Shown piece by piece: positions 45,993-55,391 of a stretch of DNA of 64,000 nt (its first letter is position 1; each line of letters starts with the position of its first letter). The stretch is from a virus (lineage: Duplodnaviria; Caudoviricetes): positions 713 to 64,712 of the IMG/VR virus record IMGVR_UViG_3300047160_035978. One strand, given 5' to 3'. The notes under the pieces were generated by a model. The model was not told the DNA's origin. It made no database searches and was given only the letters and a program-made list of their open reading frames with translations. Position numbers and translations under genes: made by a program.

Positions 45993-46823
45993 ATGCAGAT
46001 GCGTTTGGTGGTTCTGATGTTCGCGTCCATGTTGGATGCGTGCTCCAACCTTCAGCAGATGGGGATCCCAATACCAGCAGCTGGCTATGATCAGCCTGCC
46101 GCAGCGAAAGACGACCCTGCTCTTAGCCAGCGCGCCAACTACCTGCGGAAGATGTTGGGCATTTCTTCCGAAGCTGCAGTTGCACTCGATCAACAAGATC
46201 AGGTGATCGAGCAACAAGAAGTCACCAAGGCTGAATCGCTGCCGTCTAACACGAAGGTTTGGGCACTCCAGCTGCCCAGTTCACAGTCGAGGTATCAAGA
46301 AGCGGCCGGTGGGATTCCCGACTGCACAGCGTCCCCGCTGGCCAGAGCGTTCAAGGCCGATCCGCGAACCTGCGACGTGAAACAACGCGACATCACAACC
46401 GCTGCCGAAATTGAAGATGGCCGAGTGAAGCAGGCGGTCGCGGACAAACTCCGCGAAATGGAACAAACCGAAGAGGCCAAGGCGTCTGCTGACAGAGCCG
46501 CCGCCAAGGTCGCTGCAGAGCAGCGGACTCAAGCGTTGATGACGTGCATGCAGCAAACCTCATACCGGCGATATTCTGCGGCGTCGGCCATTGTTAAGCT
46601 GCGCGAGCAGGAAGCTTATGGCCGCAGTTTGATCGAGCATGACCGCCAGGTTGAAGAAGAATCGGGCATCGTCAACATGGAGACCCGTCACATCGCTGGA
46701 GAGTTGATCGTCCGCTCGCGAGAGCAGGCGCAAAGTTCCTTTGAGGCCTATAAGGCCAGTGGCGGCGCCGCGCAGTCCGTGCGTGACGTGAAGGCCGAGT
46801 CCAACCCCTGCGGGAACATCTAG
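45993..46823 (+). CDS. Putative lipoprotein, immunity-region moron
   Basis: N-terminal hydrophobic stretch ending LDAC. Confidence 0.55.
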   Translation: MQMRLVVLMFASMLDACSNLQQMGIPIPAAGYDQPAAAKDDPALSQRANYLRKMLGISSEAAVALDQQDQVIEQQEVTKAESLPSNTKVWALQLPSSQSRYQEAAGGIPDCTASPLARAFKADPRTCDVKQRDITTAAEIEDGRVKQAVADKLREMEQTEEAKASADRAAAKVAAEQRTQALMTCMQQTSYRRYSAASAIVKLREQEAYGRSLIEHDRQVEEESGIVNMETRHIAGELIVRSREQAQSSFEAYKASGGAAQSVRDVKAESNPCGNI

Positions 46824-46827
46824 GGCA

Positions 46828-47022
46828 ATGACCCCAACCTGCCGCTACGGCCACGGCGAGCTCCGCCAGGCGACGGGAGAGGATGGTGAGCCGGCCGAAT
46901 GGTTTATGCCGCAGGTTCGCGCCGGCAAGGTTGCTCCAGGCTACGGCTACACCGTCCAGGTGTGGGAGTGCGGACAGTGCGGGTATGTTGAGTTGCGGGA
47001 TGGGGATGTAGCCCACGCCTAG
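46828..47022 (+). CDS. Small zinc-binding protein
   Basis: CRYGH ... CGQCGYVEL. Confidence 0.5.
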   Translation: MTPTCRYGHGELRQATGEDGEPAEWFMPQVRAGKVAPGYGYTVQVWECGQCGYVELRDGDVAHA

Positions 47023-47172
47023 CGAGGGAAAAAGCCGCGCTCTGCAAGACCGGTGCCACCTAACCGGTTGATTAAAAGGGGCTGGACGGTCATCCGCATA
47101 TACGGATAGGCATTGCTTTCAACCCCTGAAACCTATAAAATTTATAGGTGTCTATTGTCTTGAGACAGCGCC

Positions 47173-47487
47173 TTGCCGCCAGCGAAAGTCGTTCCACTGC
47201 GTCTTTCGGCCGATCGGGCCCTGGAAATTCTACGCTTTGCCGGGGCGGACTCTGGTCGAGTGGAATGGACCGAGCATGTACTGGAGAGGATGGAGGAACG
47301 CTCCATCACCGCCAAACAGGTCTTGGATTGCCTAGCCAAGGGCACCATGATCAAGGGCCCGACGCAGGAGAAGGGCAGTTGGAAGTGCAAGCTTCAGTGG
47401 ATTACAGCAGGTGTGCAATTGGATGTAGTAGCGGCCATTGACCTCAACGAAGAGCCGGTTGTCACGATCATTATTACGGTTTATTGA
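47173..47487 (+). CDS. DUF4258 family putative toxin (RelE-like)
   Basis: WTEHVLERMEERSITAKQV..C..KG, IIITVY. Confidence 0.75.
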   Translation: MPPAKVVPLRLSADRALEILRFAGADSGRVEWTEHVLERMEERSITAKQVLDCLAKGTMIKGPTQEKGSWKCKLQWITAGVQLDVVAAIDLNEEPVVTIIITVY

Positions 47488-47497
47488 GGGCTATGTC

Positions 47498-47956
47498 ATG
47501 AACAACGAGCGACTTCACTACACGGCGAGCGGCTTGCTCAATGTCTGGCTCGTCAACGGCTTCGAGTGGAAGGATGGGCGCCACGGACGCACCCTCAAGA
47601 TCCACGATCTGCATGGACTTCACGATGCTATCGGTGCGTGGATCGTCGAGCACAGCCCCGCGCTGACTGGCCCGGAGTTTCGCTTCTTGCGCAAGGAGCT
47701 GGATTTTTCCCAGAACACCGTTGGCAAGATCGTTGGCCAGACCGAGCAGTCGATCGCGCTTTGGGAGAAGAAGGTCGACAAGCCGGTGCCCAAGTCTGCG
47801 GACCTGGTGCTTCGCAGCGTCTACAAGAGCACCAAGGAAGGGAAGATGAACTTCCGCGAACTGGTCGATCGCATCAACGATCTCGACCGGCAGATCATCT
47901 CTCGCGAGCTCACGATGACCGATCAGGAAGGCCATTGGCGCGTTGCCTGCGGATAA
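47498..47956 (+). CDS. MqsA/HigA-like HTH antitoxin
   Basis: HYTASGLLNVWLVNG, LTGPEFRFLRKELDFSQ..ALWEK. Confidence 0.8.
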   Translation: MNNERLHYTASGLLNVWLVNGFEWKDGRHGRTLKIHDLHGLHDAIGAWIVEHSPALTGPEFRFLRKELDFSQNTVGKIVGQTEQSIALWEKKVDKPVPKSADLVLRSVYKSTKEGKMNFRELVDRINDLDRQIISRELTMTDQEGHWRVACG

Positions 47957-47974
47957 CGATCGCCATGCAACAAG

Positions 47975-48002
47975 AAAAGCCCGCTCTGCGCGGGCTTTTT
48001 TG
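47975..48002. terminator. Bidirectional terminator between convergent TA modules
   Basis: AAAAGCCCGC-TCTGC-GCGGGCTTTTTT. Confidence 0.75.
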
Positions 48003-48047
48003 TGCCTTATTTGCCCGTCGAGAAACGAGCCCAAACTCGATGGGTTA

Positions 48048-48455
48048 TTAGGCTGCTTCCTTCTCCAGCCTCTCCATTGCCGCCCGAGCGAGGAATCCCG
48101 AGCGGGTCTCGCCAAGACGCTCCGCCCGATTGTCGATGGCGGTCAGCAGAGTCTCTGGGAGGGTGATGTTCAGCCGGATCGCCTTCTTGCTCAGCTTGGA
48201 GAGGTCCACCGCAACGAAGGCCCAGACGAAGCCGCGGTACTCGCGCTTGCCCTTGAGGTCTTCGATCTTGCTGGGAGCCGGAGCGCCGTGGCCCTTCTCC
48301 AGGTGATCCTCGAGCCAGAGCAGGGCGGCCTCCTCAGCGTTGGCCACGGCCTCGTCGAATGAGTCGCCGGCCGAGTAGCAGCCGGGAAGATCGGGAAACA
48401 CCACGCCGTAGGCCTGGCGGTCGTTGCCTTCTTCGATAGCGATGGGGTAGCGCAT
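48048..48455 (-). CDS. hicB: HicB antitoxin
   Basis: YGVVFPDLPGCYSAGDSFDEA, C-terminal RHH RLNITLP..TRSGFLARAA. Confidence 0.9.
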   Translation of the reverse strand: MRYPIAIEEGNDRQAYGVVFPDLPGCYSAGDSFDEAVANAEEAALLWLEDHLEKGHGAPAPSKIEDLKGKREYRGFVWAFVAVDLSKLSKKAIRLNITLPETLLTAIDNRAERLGETRSGFLARAAMERLEKEAA

Positions 48456-48511
48456 TTTTCTATCCTGCCTGGTTGAAACGATTCCTGTGAAACCTAGTGC
48501 TGCTGCCGAGC

Positions 48512-48694
48512 TTACTTCAGCCCGGCGTCCTTCTTGATCCGTGCGACGAGGCCGCCGCCCAAGTCTTTCTTGGGGTGCGGCACCGTGATCGTCAGCGGGT
48601 TGGTCGGGTGCTTGAACATGTGGTGGCTCCCACGCACGCGGTCGAGAACCCAACCTGCTTCCTTCAGCTGCTTGATCAGTTCGGCGCTCTTCAT
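48512..48694 (-). CDS. hicA: HicA toxin
   Basis: LKEAGWVLDRVRGSHHMFKHP..ITVPHPKKDL. Confidence 0.9.
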   Translation of the reverse strand: MKSAELIKQLKEAGWVLDRVRGSHHMFKHPTNPLTITVPHPKKDLGGGLVARIKKDAGLK

Positions 48695-48722
48695 GGTGTG
48701 TATTATACACACCTATACACAC
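48695..48722 (-). promoter_or_regulatory. hicAB promoter/operator (leaderless)
   Basis: Palindrome GTGTAT-T-ATACAC covering a minus-strand TATAAT about 7 nt from the ATG. Confidence 0.65.
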
Positions 48723-48757
48723 TAATCCAGATCGAGCATCTACCGTTCATCGGATTA

Positions 48758-48810
48758 TTAGTCAGATGATTAGTCCGACTGTTGACTCTGATAATCAGTC
48801 CGACTAATCT
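48758..48810 (+). promoter_or_regulatory. OL region: PL promoter and three operators
   Basis: TTGACT (48782)-17bp-TAATCT; TTAGTC-A-GATGAT, TTAGTC-C-GACTGT, TCAGTC-C-GACTAA match OR consensus. Confidence 0.8.
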
Positions 48811-48837
48811 TAATCCATCGCCACCCAGGGAGCCGCG

Positions 48838-49394
48838 ATGGAACACCAAGCCTTCGACCCGAATCTGTCCGCCGCCGTCCGGCACACCGCCGTCCAGGAC
48901 GCCCACGCCGACGCCCTGAGCCGCGAAGTAGGGCAGTGCCGCACCTGGTCGGAGGACTTCCTGCAAGCCCTGGAAGGCGAGTTCCTGGCCGACGCAGACG
49001 AGCGCCGCATGGACTTGATCCGGATCGCCGCCAACCGCCGCTGCCTCGCCGCCCAGCGCGCCCTGCATAGCCTGTTCCGCAAGCTCGGGGACGGCGCGCA
49101 GCTGACCGCTGACGAACGCGCCCTGGCCGAGCACGCCCGCGATCTGGTCGAGGCCTACGCCGAGCGCCGCGTAGAGCGGATCGGTCTGTGATCGCCTCCG
49201 CCCCCATCCGCGTCATCACCGACGCCGAAACCACCGAGACCACCTGGTCGGCCTTCTGCGCCGACAACCTCGAAGGCTTCGATCAGGACCAGCTCGACGT
49301 CATGGCGCAGGAGCTGCGCCTGCACGGCGAGACCGACATTTCCCACCTCATGCACTGCGGCGAGCGCTGCGTGCTTTCCCGCGTCATCCAGTAG
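48838..49394 (+). other. Two hypothetical early genes (48838-49191, 49188-49394)
   Basis: First ORFs after PL, GTGA overlap. Confidence 0.6.
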
Positions 49395-49402
49395 GAGGCA
49401 CC

Positions 49403-49942
49403 ATGCCCGCAGCCAAGAAGAAGTCCGCCACCGCCCGCGCCCCGAAGCGCGCCATCCTGACCTGCCCCGACTTCATCAAGGTCAGCGCCACCGGCAAGAA
49501 GCTCCCGGCCTCGGCCGAGAACCACGCCGCGGTGATCTGCACCAAGTACCGCACCCGCAGCGGCCTGCCACTGATGTTCACGGCGCGCGACCTCGGCAGC
49601 CACAGCTATGAGGCGGCGCTGAAGCTGCCGGCGACGTTCGAGTTGCTGGGCGAGAAGGACTGGCGCCTGCCGGACGCGACCGAGTCCGCTTTCATGCTCA
49701 ACCGCGCCAACTGGCCGGCGAAGGACGCGCAGTTCTTCCCGGGTGAGGCGGGCTGGCAATGGACGGGCGAACCCACGTCCGATTCGTCGTACGCCTTCGG
49801 CGTCAGCCTCCGCTACGGCTGCGTCGACTGGAGCTACCGCTACCGCGGCGGGCTCGTCCGGCTGTGCCGCGAGGTCTCCCCCCGTCAGGCTTTGGCTTTT
49901 GGCATCCCCGTGGGGCCGGGCGCGGCGAAGGGCAAGCGCTAG
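49403..49942 (+). CDS. DGR target protein 1 (DUF1566/CLec-like)
   Basis: GEKDWRLPDATE..WQWT; contains VR1. Confidence 0.85.
   Translation: MPAAKKKSATARAPKRAILTCPDFIKVSATGKKLPASAENHAAVICTKYRTRSGLPLMFTARDLGSHSYEAALKLPATFELLGEKDWRLPDATESAFMLNRANWPAKDAQFFPGEAGWQWTGEPTSDSSYAFGVSLRYGCVDWSYRYRGGLVRLCREVSPRQALAFGIPVGPGAAKGKR
49776..49885 (+). repeat. DGR variable region VR1
   Basis: 110-bp copy of TR with 15 mismatches, all at TR adenines. Confidence 0.97.
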
Positions 49943-49951
49943 GCCCTCGCC

Positions 49952-50609
49952 ATGAACGGCCAGCACGACTTCGCCCATTCCGAGCATCTGATGCGCGCCC
50001 GCCGCAACCGGTTCCTGGTGCACGCCGCCAGCTGGCTCGCGGCGCTGGGATTCCTCTACGGCCTCGGCGCGCTGGTCTGCAAGGTGATCGCCCGATGAAC
50101 GCCAACCTCTCCGAGCCCGTGCGCTCGCTCTATGTGGCGCACGGCTTCTTCTCCGAAGCCTACATGCGCCGGTTCTTCCCGAACGGCCCCTGCACCAAGC
50201 AGGAGGCCATCCCGAAGCGCGAGGGCCCGGCGAACGACGCCAGTCCCTACGACGCCCACCGCCAGCAGGGAGCCGCAGCGTGAAGCGCCTGAACGATGCG
50301 CTGGCTGGCCTGCTCGTGGGCTTCTTCCTTGGCCTGATGCTGTTCTGCCTGTTCGCACAGCCGGCCCACGCGGGCGGCTACCCGCCGCGCTCGGAACCGA
50401 TCCAGGCACCCGTCATCGCCCTGGTCCACGAGCAGCGCGGCTGCCCGCGCGGCCAGTGGCGCGCCTACTTCTTCCAGGACGCCTTCGAACCCGTCGCGTT
50501 CTGCTGGCGCCGCTGCGGCGACGTGGTGGAAGTCCTCGACCGCGCCAACCTCATCACCACCATGCCGGCCTCCCGCTTCGCGCCGGTCTCGCAAGGAGTT
50601 TCCCAGTGA
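49952..50609 (+). other. Three small early genes (49952-50098, 50095-50283, 50280-50609)
   Basis: ATGA/GTGA overlap chain. Confidence 0.55.
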
Positions 50610-51232
50610 ACGACCTCATTTCCGGCGTCAGCCTGATCACCGCAGCGCGCGAGCGCCAGATGCAGCCGCAGGCCGTCCTCGCATTCCGCGAGCGCCTGGC
50701 GTACCTGGGCGCCGACATCGCCGGCCTGATCGACGATCTGCAGCCGGCGCCGCTGCCGGCCAGCGACCCGGCCTTCATCGATCCCCTGGCCGAGCCCGAA
50801 ATCATCCTGCTCGACGCCAACTGCCAGCCGATGAAGCCGGACGCGGGCCGCGCCACGGCCTTCTACCTGCCGCAGTACCGGCGCATGTATACCGCCGACG
50901 TGGTGTCCGCCTCCAACTGGGCGGCGGCCGTCGCCATGGGGCCGGCCGGCCGGCTGTTCGGCGAAACCGACTGGCACCTGGTCCGCGTCAAGGAACTGGA
51001 GCCGCTGATCTGCCGCGAGCAGCACGACCCGGCCACCTATCCGGTGCTGAAGCCGTACACGCCGACCAACGACTGGTACTGGACCGCCGACCCGCATCCG
51101 TCCGGTTCGTCGTGCGCCTTCGGCGTCTACCTCGGCGGCGGCAGCGTCTCCTGGGTCAGCCGCAACGCCAGCGGGCTCGTCCGGCTGTGCCGCGAGGTCT
51201 CCCCCCGTCAGGCTTTGGCTTTTGGGAAGTAG
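50606..51232 (+). CDS. DGR target protein 2 (DUF1566/CLec-like)
   Basis: GTG after AAGGAG; GETDWHLVRVKEL..WYWT; contains VR2. Confidence 0.85.
   Translation: MNDLISGVSLITAARERQMQPQAVLAFRERLAYLGADIAGLIDDLQPAPLPASDPAFIDPLAEPEIILLDANCQPMKPDAGRATAFYLPQYRRMYTADVVSASNWAAAVAMGPAGRLFGETDWHLVRVKELEPLICREQHDPATYPVLKPYTPTNDWYWTADPHPSGSSCAFGVYLGGGSVSWVSRNASGLVRLCREVSPRQALAFGK
51099..51208 (+). repeat. DGR variable region VR2
   Basis: 110-bp copy of TR with 17 mismatches, all at TR adenines. Confidence 0.97.
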
Positions 51233-51240
51233 GCCAGGCC

Positions 51241-51516
51241 GTGTCCGCTCAGCCAGAACTCGCGATGCCCGGCCCGGCGACGCCCGACTACCTAGCGCGG
51301 CTGGCAAAGCATCGCCAGCTGGTGGCCGAGGTCGACCGTGACGAGCGGGCGAAGGGGCTGCCTCAGGCCGAGCTGTTCCAGCTGCAGCCGCCGGCGCCGA
51401 CCGATCCGGAGTACCCGGGCGATGACGTGCTGGTGGGTCTGGTCTGCGGCGCCCTGAAGGTGCCGCTGGAAACCGCCAGGGCGTGGCTGGAGCAGTACCC
51501 GCATTTTCCGCTGTGA
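51241..51516 (+). CDS. Hypothetical protein
   Basis: Co-oriented ORF between target 2 and ERF gene. Confidence 0.5.
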   Translation: MSAQPELAMPGPATPDYLARLAKHRQLVAEVDRDERAKGLPQAELFQLQPPAPTDPEYPGDDVLVGLVCGALKVPLETARAWLEQYPHFPL

Positions 51517-51557
51517 CTGAATTTTCAACTGCCGGCTCGTCCGGCAAAGGAACTGAT

Positions 51558-52319
51558 GTGAGCAAGCCCCTGACCGCTGCCTCCCTGATGGAGCGCGAGG
51601 AATCCCTGCCGGTGCCGACCACTGGCACGCCTGACAGCATGCTGGTCTACGCGATGCAGAAGGGCGCCAGCATCGCGGACATCAAAGAGCTGTATGCCCT
51701 GCAGCAGCAGTTCGAGGCCGACGAGGCCCGCAAGGCCTACACCGTCGCCATGGCTGCCTTCAAGGCCGAGCCGATGGAAATCCTCAAGCGCAAGCTGGTG
51801 AGCTTCACGACCCGCGACGGCGACACCACCAGCTATCGCCACGCGGAGCTTTCGGACATCACCGATGTGGTGGCGCCGGCAATGGCCAAGCACGGACTGA
51901 TGCACCAGTGGGATGTGCGCCAAGAGAATGGCGGCGTGGTGGTGGACTGCATCATCAAGCACGAACTCGGCCACTCCGAGAAGGTGACGATGTTCGCCCC
52001 GCCGGATTCCTCCGGCAAGAAGAACGCGATCCAGCAGATTGCATCGAGCACCACCTACCTGATGCGCTACACGCTGCTGGCCGCAACCGGCATGGCCACC
52101 AAGGGCATGGACGACGACGGCCAGGGCGGTGAGCCAGTGCTGATGACCGAGGAGCACGCCGACACCATTGACTCCCTGTGCAAGGAGATCGGCCCCAAGA
52201 TCCTCGGTAGCGTCCTGAGCGAGTACCGCGTCAAGGAGCTGGCCGAAATCCCCGACTCCGAGTACGAGGACATCGTCCGCCGCCTGAACGTCACCAAGCA
52301 GCAGCGGGCGGCGAAATGA
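51558..52319 (+). CDS. ERF-family single-strand annealing recombinase
   Basis: YRHAELSDI, KHGL, QQIASSTTYLMRYTLLAATG..DDDG. Confidence 0.85.
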   Translation: MSKPLTAASLMEREESLPVPTTGTPDSMLVYAMQKGASIADIKELYALQQQFEADEARKAYTVAMAAFKAEPMEILKRKLVSFTTRDGDTTSYRHAELSDITDVVAPAMAKHGLMHQWDVRQENGGVVVDCIIKHELGHSEKVTMFAPPDSSGKKNAIQQIASSTTYLMRYTLLAATGMATKGMDDDGQGGEPVLMTEEHADTIDSLCKEIGPKILGSVLSEYRVKELAEIPDSEYEDIVRRLNVTKQQRAAK

Positions 52320-52933
52320 CCGAGGAACTGGTCCAGGGCAGCCCCGAGTGGGTGGCCGCGCGCCTCGGCAGCTTCGGCGCCTCCATGCTCGGCGCGCTGA
52401 TGGCCAAGGGCGAGGGGAAGACCCGCGCCAAGCTGATCGACCAGCTCGCCTGCGAGCGCCTAAGCGGCAAGCCGCAGGGCTGGGAGGGCAACAGCGCCAC
52501 CGAGGCCGGCCACGCGCAGGAGCCGCTGGCGCGGCGCGCCTATGGCGAGCGCCATGGCGTCTTCGTGCAGCAGGTCGGCCTGATCCGCCACGCCGCGCTG
52601 CCGTTCTCCCACGCGAGCCCGGATGGCCTGGTGGACGAAGACGGCGGCTTGGAGCTGAAGTCCCACGTCAAGTTCATGACCCACTTCGCCGCGATCCAGG
52701 CCGGCATGAGCAAGGCGCACGTCTACCAATGCCAGTGGGGCATGGCCTGCACCGGGCGCAGCTGGTGGGACTACGGGCACTTCTGCGCCGAGGCGCCGGA
52801 GCACATGCGCTTGCATATGTTCCCGCGCATCCAGCGGGACGAAACCATCATCGCGACCCTGGCCGTGGCGATCCGCGACGCGGAAGTCGAGGTCGCGGCC
52901 AAGGTCGAGCAATTCTCTAAGAGGGCCGCATGA
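52316..52933 (+). CDS. YqaJ/lambda exonuclease-family protein
   Basis: QGSPEWVAARLG, ASPDGLV, LELKS, QCQWGM. Confidence 0.9.
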   Translation: MTEELVQGSPEWVAARLGSFGASMLGALMAKGEGKTRAKLIDQLACERLSGKPQGWEGNSATEAGHAQEPLARRAYGERHGVFVQQVGLIRHAALPFSHASPDGLVDEDGGLELKSHVKFMTHFAAIQAGMSKAHVYQCQWGMACTGRSWWDYGHFCAEAPEHMRLHMFPRIQRDETIIATLAVAIRDAEVEVAAKVEQFSKRAA

Positions 52934-53997
52934 GTACCGAACTCGAACTGGTCAACAAGGCCGTTGCGGACTTCGACGCCGTGGCCGAGGGTATCCAGTC
53001 CCTGAAGGCGCAGTATGCCGGCGTCGTCTACGACGTCAGCACCGGCAAGGGCATGACCGAGGCCAAGGGCGCCCGCGCTGCGATCCGCGAGCCCCGCTAC
53101 GCCATCGAGAACACCCGCAAAGCGGCCAAGGCCCCGATTCTGGCGCTCGGCAAGCGCTTGGACGGCCGCGCCGCCGAGATCACCGACGAGTTGCTGGCGA
53201 TCGAGGAACCGATCGACCAGCAGATCAAGGCCGAGGAAACGCGAAAGGAAGCCGAGCGCCAGGCCAAGATCGAGGCCGAGAAGAAACGCGTTGCGGACAT
53301 CCAGGACCGCATCAACGAACTGCGCGGCACCATCGGCGCGGCCAGCACCAGTTCTGCCGCACTGATCCTCGAGCATATCGGCGACCTGGACAGGATCCAG
53401 ATCGACGACAGCTTCGCCGAATTCCGCCAGCAGGCCGAGGACGCCAAGACGGCAACCCTCGCCACGCTGGCCAAGATGTATGACGAGCGCGTGCAGCACG
53501 AAGCCGAACAGGCTCGCATCAAGGCGGAGCGCGAGGAACTGACCCGGCTGCGCGCCGAGCAGGAAGAGCGCCAGCGGAAGGAACGCGCCCAGCGGGAGGC
53601 TGAGGAGGCCGAAGCCCGCAGGAAGCGCGAGGCGGAAGAGGCCGAGGCCCGCAAACTGCGCGAACAGGAAGAAGGTCGCCTCCGCCAGGAGCGCGCCGCC
53701 CTGGAAGCCGAGCAGGAGCGCCAGCGGCAGGCCCAGGCCGAACTCGACCGCCAGCGCGCCGACCTGGAGGCCAAGCGCCAGCAGCAGGAGCGCGAGGAGC
53801 GGACGCGCCGCGACGAAGCTGCCCGCGCCGAGCGCTTGCGCAACATGTCCGTGCAGGAGCGCTTCGGCGCTATCTGTTGGGACCTAGCCGGCAAGCGTCT
53901 GAACGACCACGACTTGTCCACCCGCTTCATGTCCGCTTTCGCCCGCGACGGCCTGGCGCTCGTGAAGGTCAAGGCTGCCATGCAGGAGGCCGCGTAA
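52930..53997 (+). CDS. Long coiled-coil protein
   Basis: Glu/Arg/Ala-rich heptads; located between exonuclease and ssb. Confidence 0.7.
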   Translation: MSTELELVNKAVADFDAVAEGIQSLKAQYAGVVYDVSTGKGMTEAKGARAAIREPRYAIENTRKAAKAPILALGKRLDGRAAEITDELLAIEEPIDQQIKAEETRKEAERQAKIEAEKKRVADIQDRINELRGTIGAASTSSAALILEHIGDLDRIQIDDSFAEFRQQAEDAKTATLATLAKMYDERVQHEAEQARIKAEREELTRLRAEQEERQRKERAQREAEEAEARRKREAEEAEARKLREQEEGRLRQERAALEAEQERQRQAQAELDRQRADLEAKRQQQEREERTRRDEAARAERLRNMSVQERFGAICWDLAGKRLNDHDLSTRFMSAFARDGLALVKVKAAMQEAA

Positions 53998-54431
53998 TGT
54001 TCACCACTCTTTTCCGCATCGGCCGCGACGCCGAGCTGCGCACCATCGCTAGCGGCGAATCCGTCACCGACCTGGCGCTGGCCTACAACTACGGCCGCAA
54101 GGGTCAGGACGGCAAGCAGCCGACCCAGTGGATCAAGGCCGCGCTCTGGGGCAAGCGCGCCGAGTCCCTGGCGCCCTACCTCAAGAAGGGCGGCCTGATC
54201 GTCGCCACGCTGGACGAAGTGCATATCCAGTCGCGCGAGCACGAAGGCAAGACCTACACCGACCTCGTAGCCCGCGTGGTCGACGTGCGGCTGGTGCCGT
54301 CGGCCAAGGCGCCGGAGAAGCAGGAGCAGCCGAAGCCCAAGCCGGCGCCCAAGCCCGAATCGCAGGGCGGCGGCGCATTCGTCGACGACGACATCCCATT
54401 CAATCGCAAGTCGGGCCTGGACGCGCTGTGA
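53997..54431 (+). CDS. ssb: Single-stranded DNA-binding protein
   Basis: RIGRDAELR, LWGKRAESLAPYLKKG, acidic DDDIPF tail. Confidence 0.9.
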   Translation: MFTTLFRIGRDAELRTIASGESVTDLALAYNYGRKGQDGKQPTQWIKAALWGKRAESLAPYLKKGGLIVATLDEVHIQSREHEGKTYTDLVARVVDVRLVPSAKAPEKQEQPKPKPAPKPESQGGGAFVDDDIPFNRKSGLDAL

Positions 54432-54721
54432 GCCTCCAGGACCTCTACCAGGACGCGCTCGACCACATCGCCAAGGTGGCGGGGATGGCACGCATCCAGA
54501 CCGACCGTCTGGCCTTCATCGAGGCGCGGGCCAAGACAGCCCTGTCCGGTGAGCGCTGGAACCCGCGCTATGTGAAGTACCCGAAGCAGTCGACCAAGAA
54601 GCACCTGGTCAAGCAGCTGCTGCTGGTGACCGACAACCGGCCGGAAGAGCGCCAGATGGTGATCGGCTGGCTTCAGGCCGGCGTGATTCCGGAGCCCACT
54701 CTCGAAGAGGCGGAAGGCTGA
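54428..54721 (+). CDS. Hypothetical protein
   Basis: GTGA overlap with ssb. Confidence 0.55.
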   Translation: MSLQDLYQDALDHIAKVAGMARIQTDRLAFIEARAKTALSGERWNPRYVKYPKQSTKKHLVKQLLLVTDNRPEERQMVIGWLQAGVIPEPTLEEAEG

Positions 54722-54939
54722 TGACCCGTCTCGGAGACGCCATCCGCCTCTACCGCCAGTCCCTGCGCCTGCTGCAGAAGGATGTGGCGGCCGAGATCGG
54801 CATCCCGGCTGGCGCTCTGTCCCGGCTGGAGAACGGCGGCGGCCTCGACATGGCCGACCTGGTGAAGGTCATGGCGTGGCTCACCGCAGGGCCGATCACC
54901 ACCGCAACCGAACAACCCCAGCAAGCGCTGGGCGTGTAA
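54721..54939 (+). CDS. XRE-family HTH protein
   Basis: LGDAIRLYR..LLQKDVAAEIGIPAGALSRLENG. Confidence 0.8.
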   Translation: MTRLGDAIRLYRQSLRLLQKDVAAEIGIPAGALSRLENGGGLDMADLVKVMAWLTAGPITTATEQPQQALGV

Positions 54940-54962
54940 CCCATTCCCCACAGGAGCATCCG

Positions 54963-55391
54963 ATGCCCGATTCCGCCGCTGTCGCCGTTTCCCGCTGGAC
55001 CAAGCTCGAGGAGGGCTGCGTCCGCGACAACATCCTCTACACCCGCCTGGACGGCTCGCAGTTCCAGCGTGAGTGGAGCCCCTTCCTGCCGGTCAACAGC
55101 CACTACGACATCGACAAGGTGGCGTCCGAGTGCGCGCTGCTCGGCGGCGGCTGGCACGTGGCCAACCCGCAGGAGCTGTTCACGACGCTGAACCACGCCA
55201 AGTACAACCCGGCGATGGACGAGGAGATCGCGGGCGGCAAGACCGGCGGCTGGGTCTGGACATCCCAGATCGATCCGTCCGATTCGTCGTACGCCTTCTA
55301 CGTCGGCCTCGGCCACGGCGGCGTCAGCTGGGGCACCCGCAGCGGCGGCGGGCTCGTCCGGCTGTGCCGCGAGGTCTCCCCCCGTCAGTAA
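54963..55391 (+). CDS. DGR target protein 3 (DUF1566/CLec-like), adjacent to avd
   Basis: AGGAG RBS; LGGGWHVANPQEL..WVWTS; contains VR3. Confidence 0.85.
   Translation: MPDSAAVAVSRWTKLEEGCVRDNILYTRLDGSQFQREWSPFLPVNSHYDIDKVASECALLGGGWHVANPQELFTTLNHAKYNPAMDEEIAGGKTGGWVWTSQIDPSDSSYAFYVGLGHGGVSWGTRSGGGLVRLCREVSPRQ
55276..55385 (+). repeat. DGR variable region VR3
   Basis: 110-bp copy of TR with 16 mismatches, all at TR adenines. Confidence 0.97.

Noticed and set aside
52930-53997. Coiled-coil ORF as a second tape measure
   Set aside because: It lies in the early recombination operon on the opposite strand; the real tape measure is at 16118-17851.
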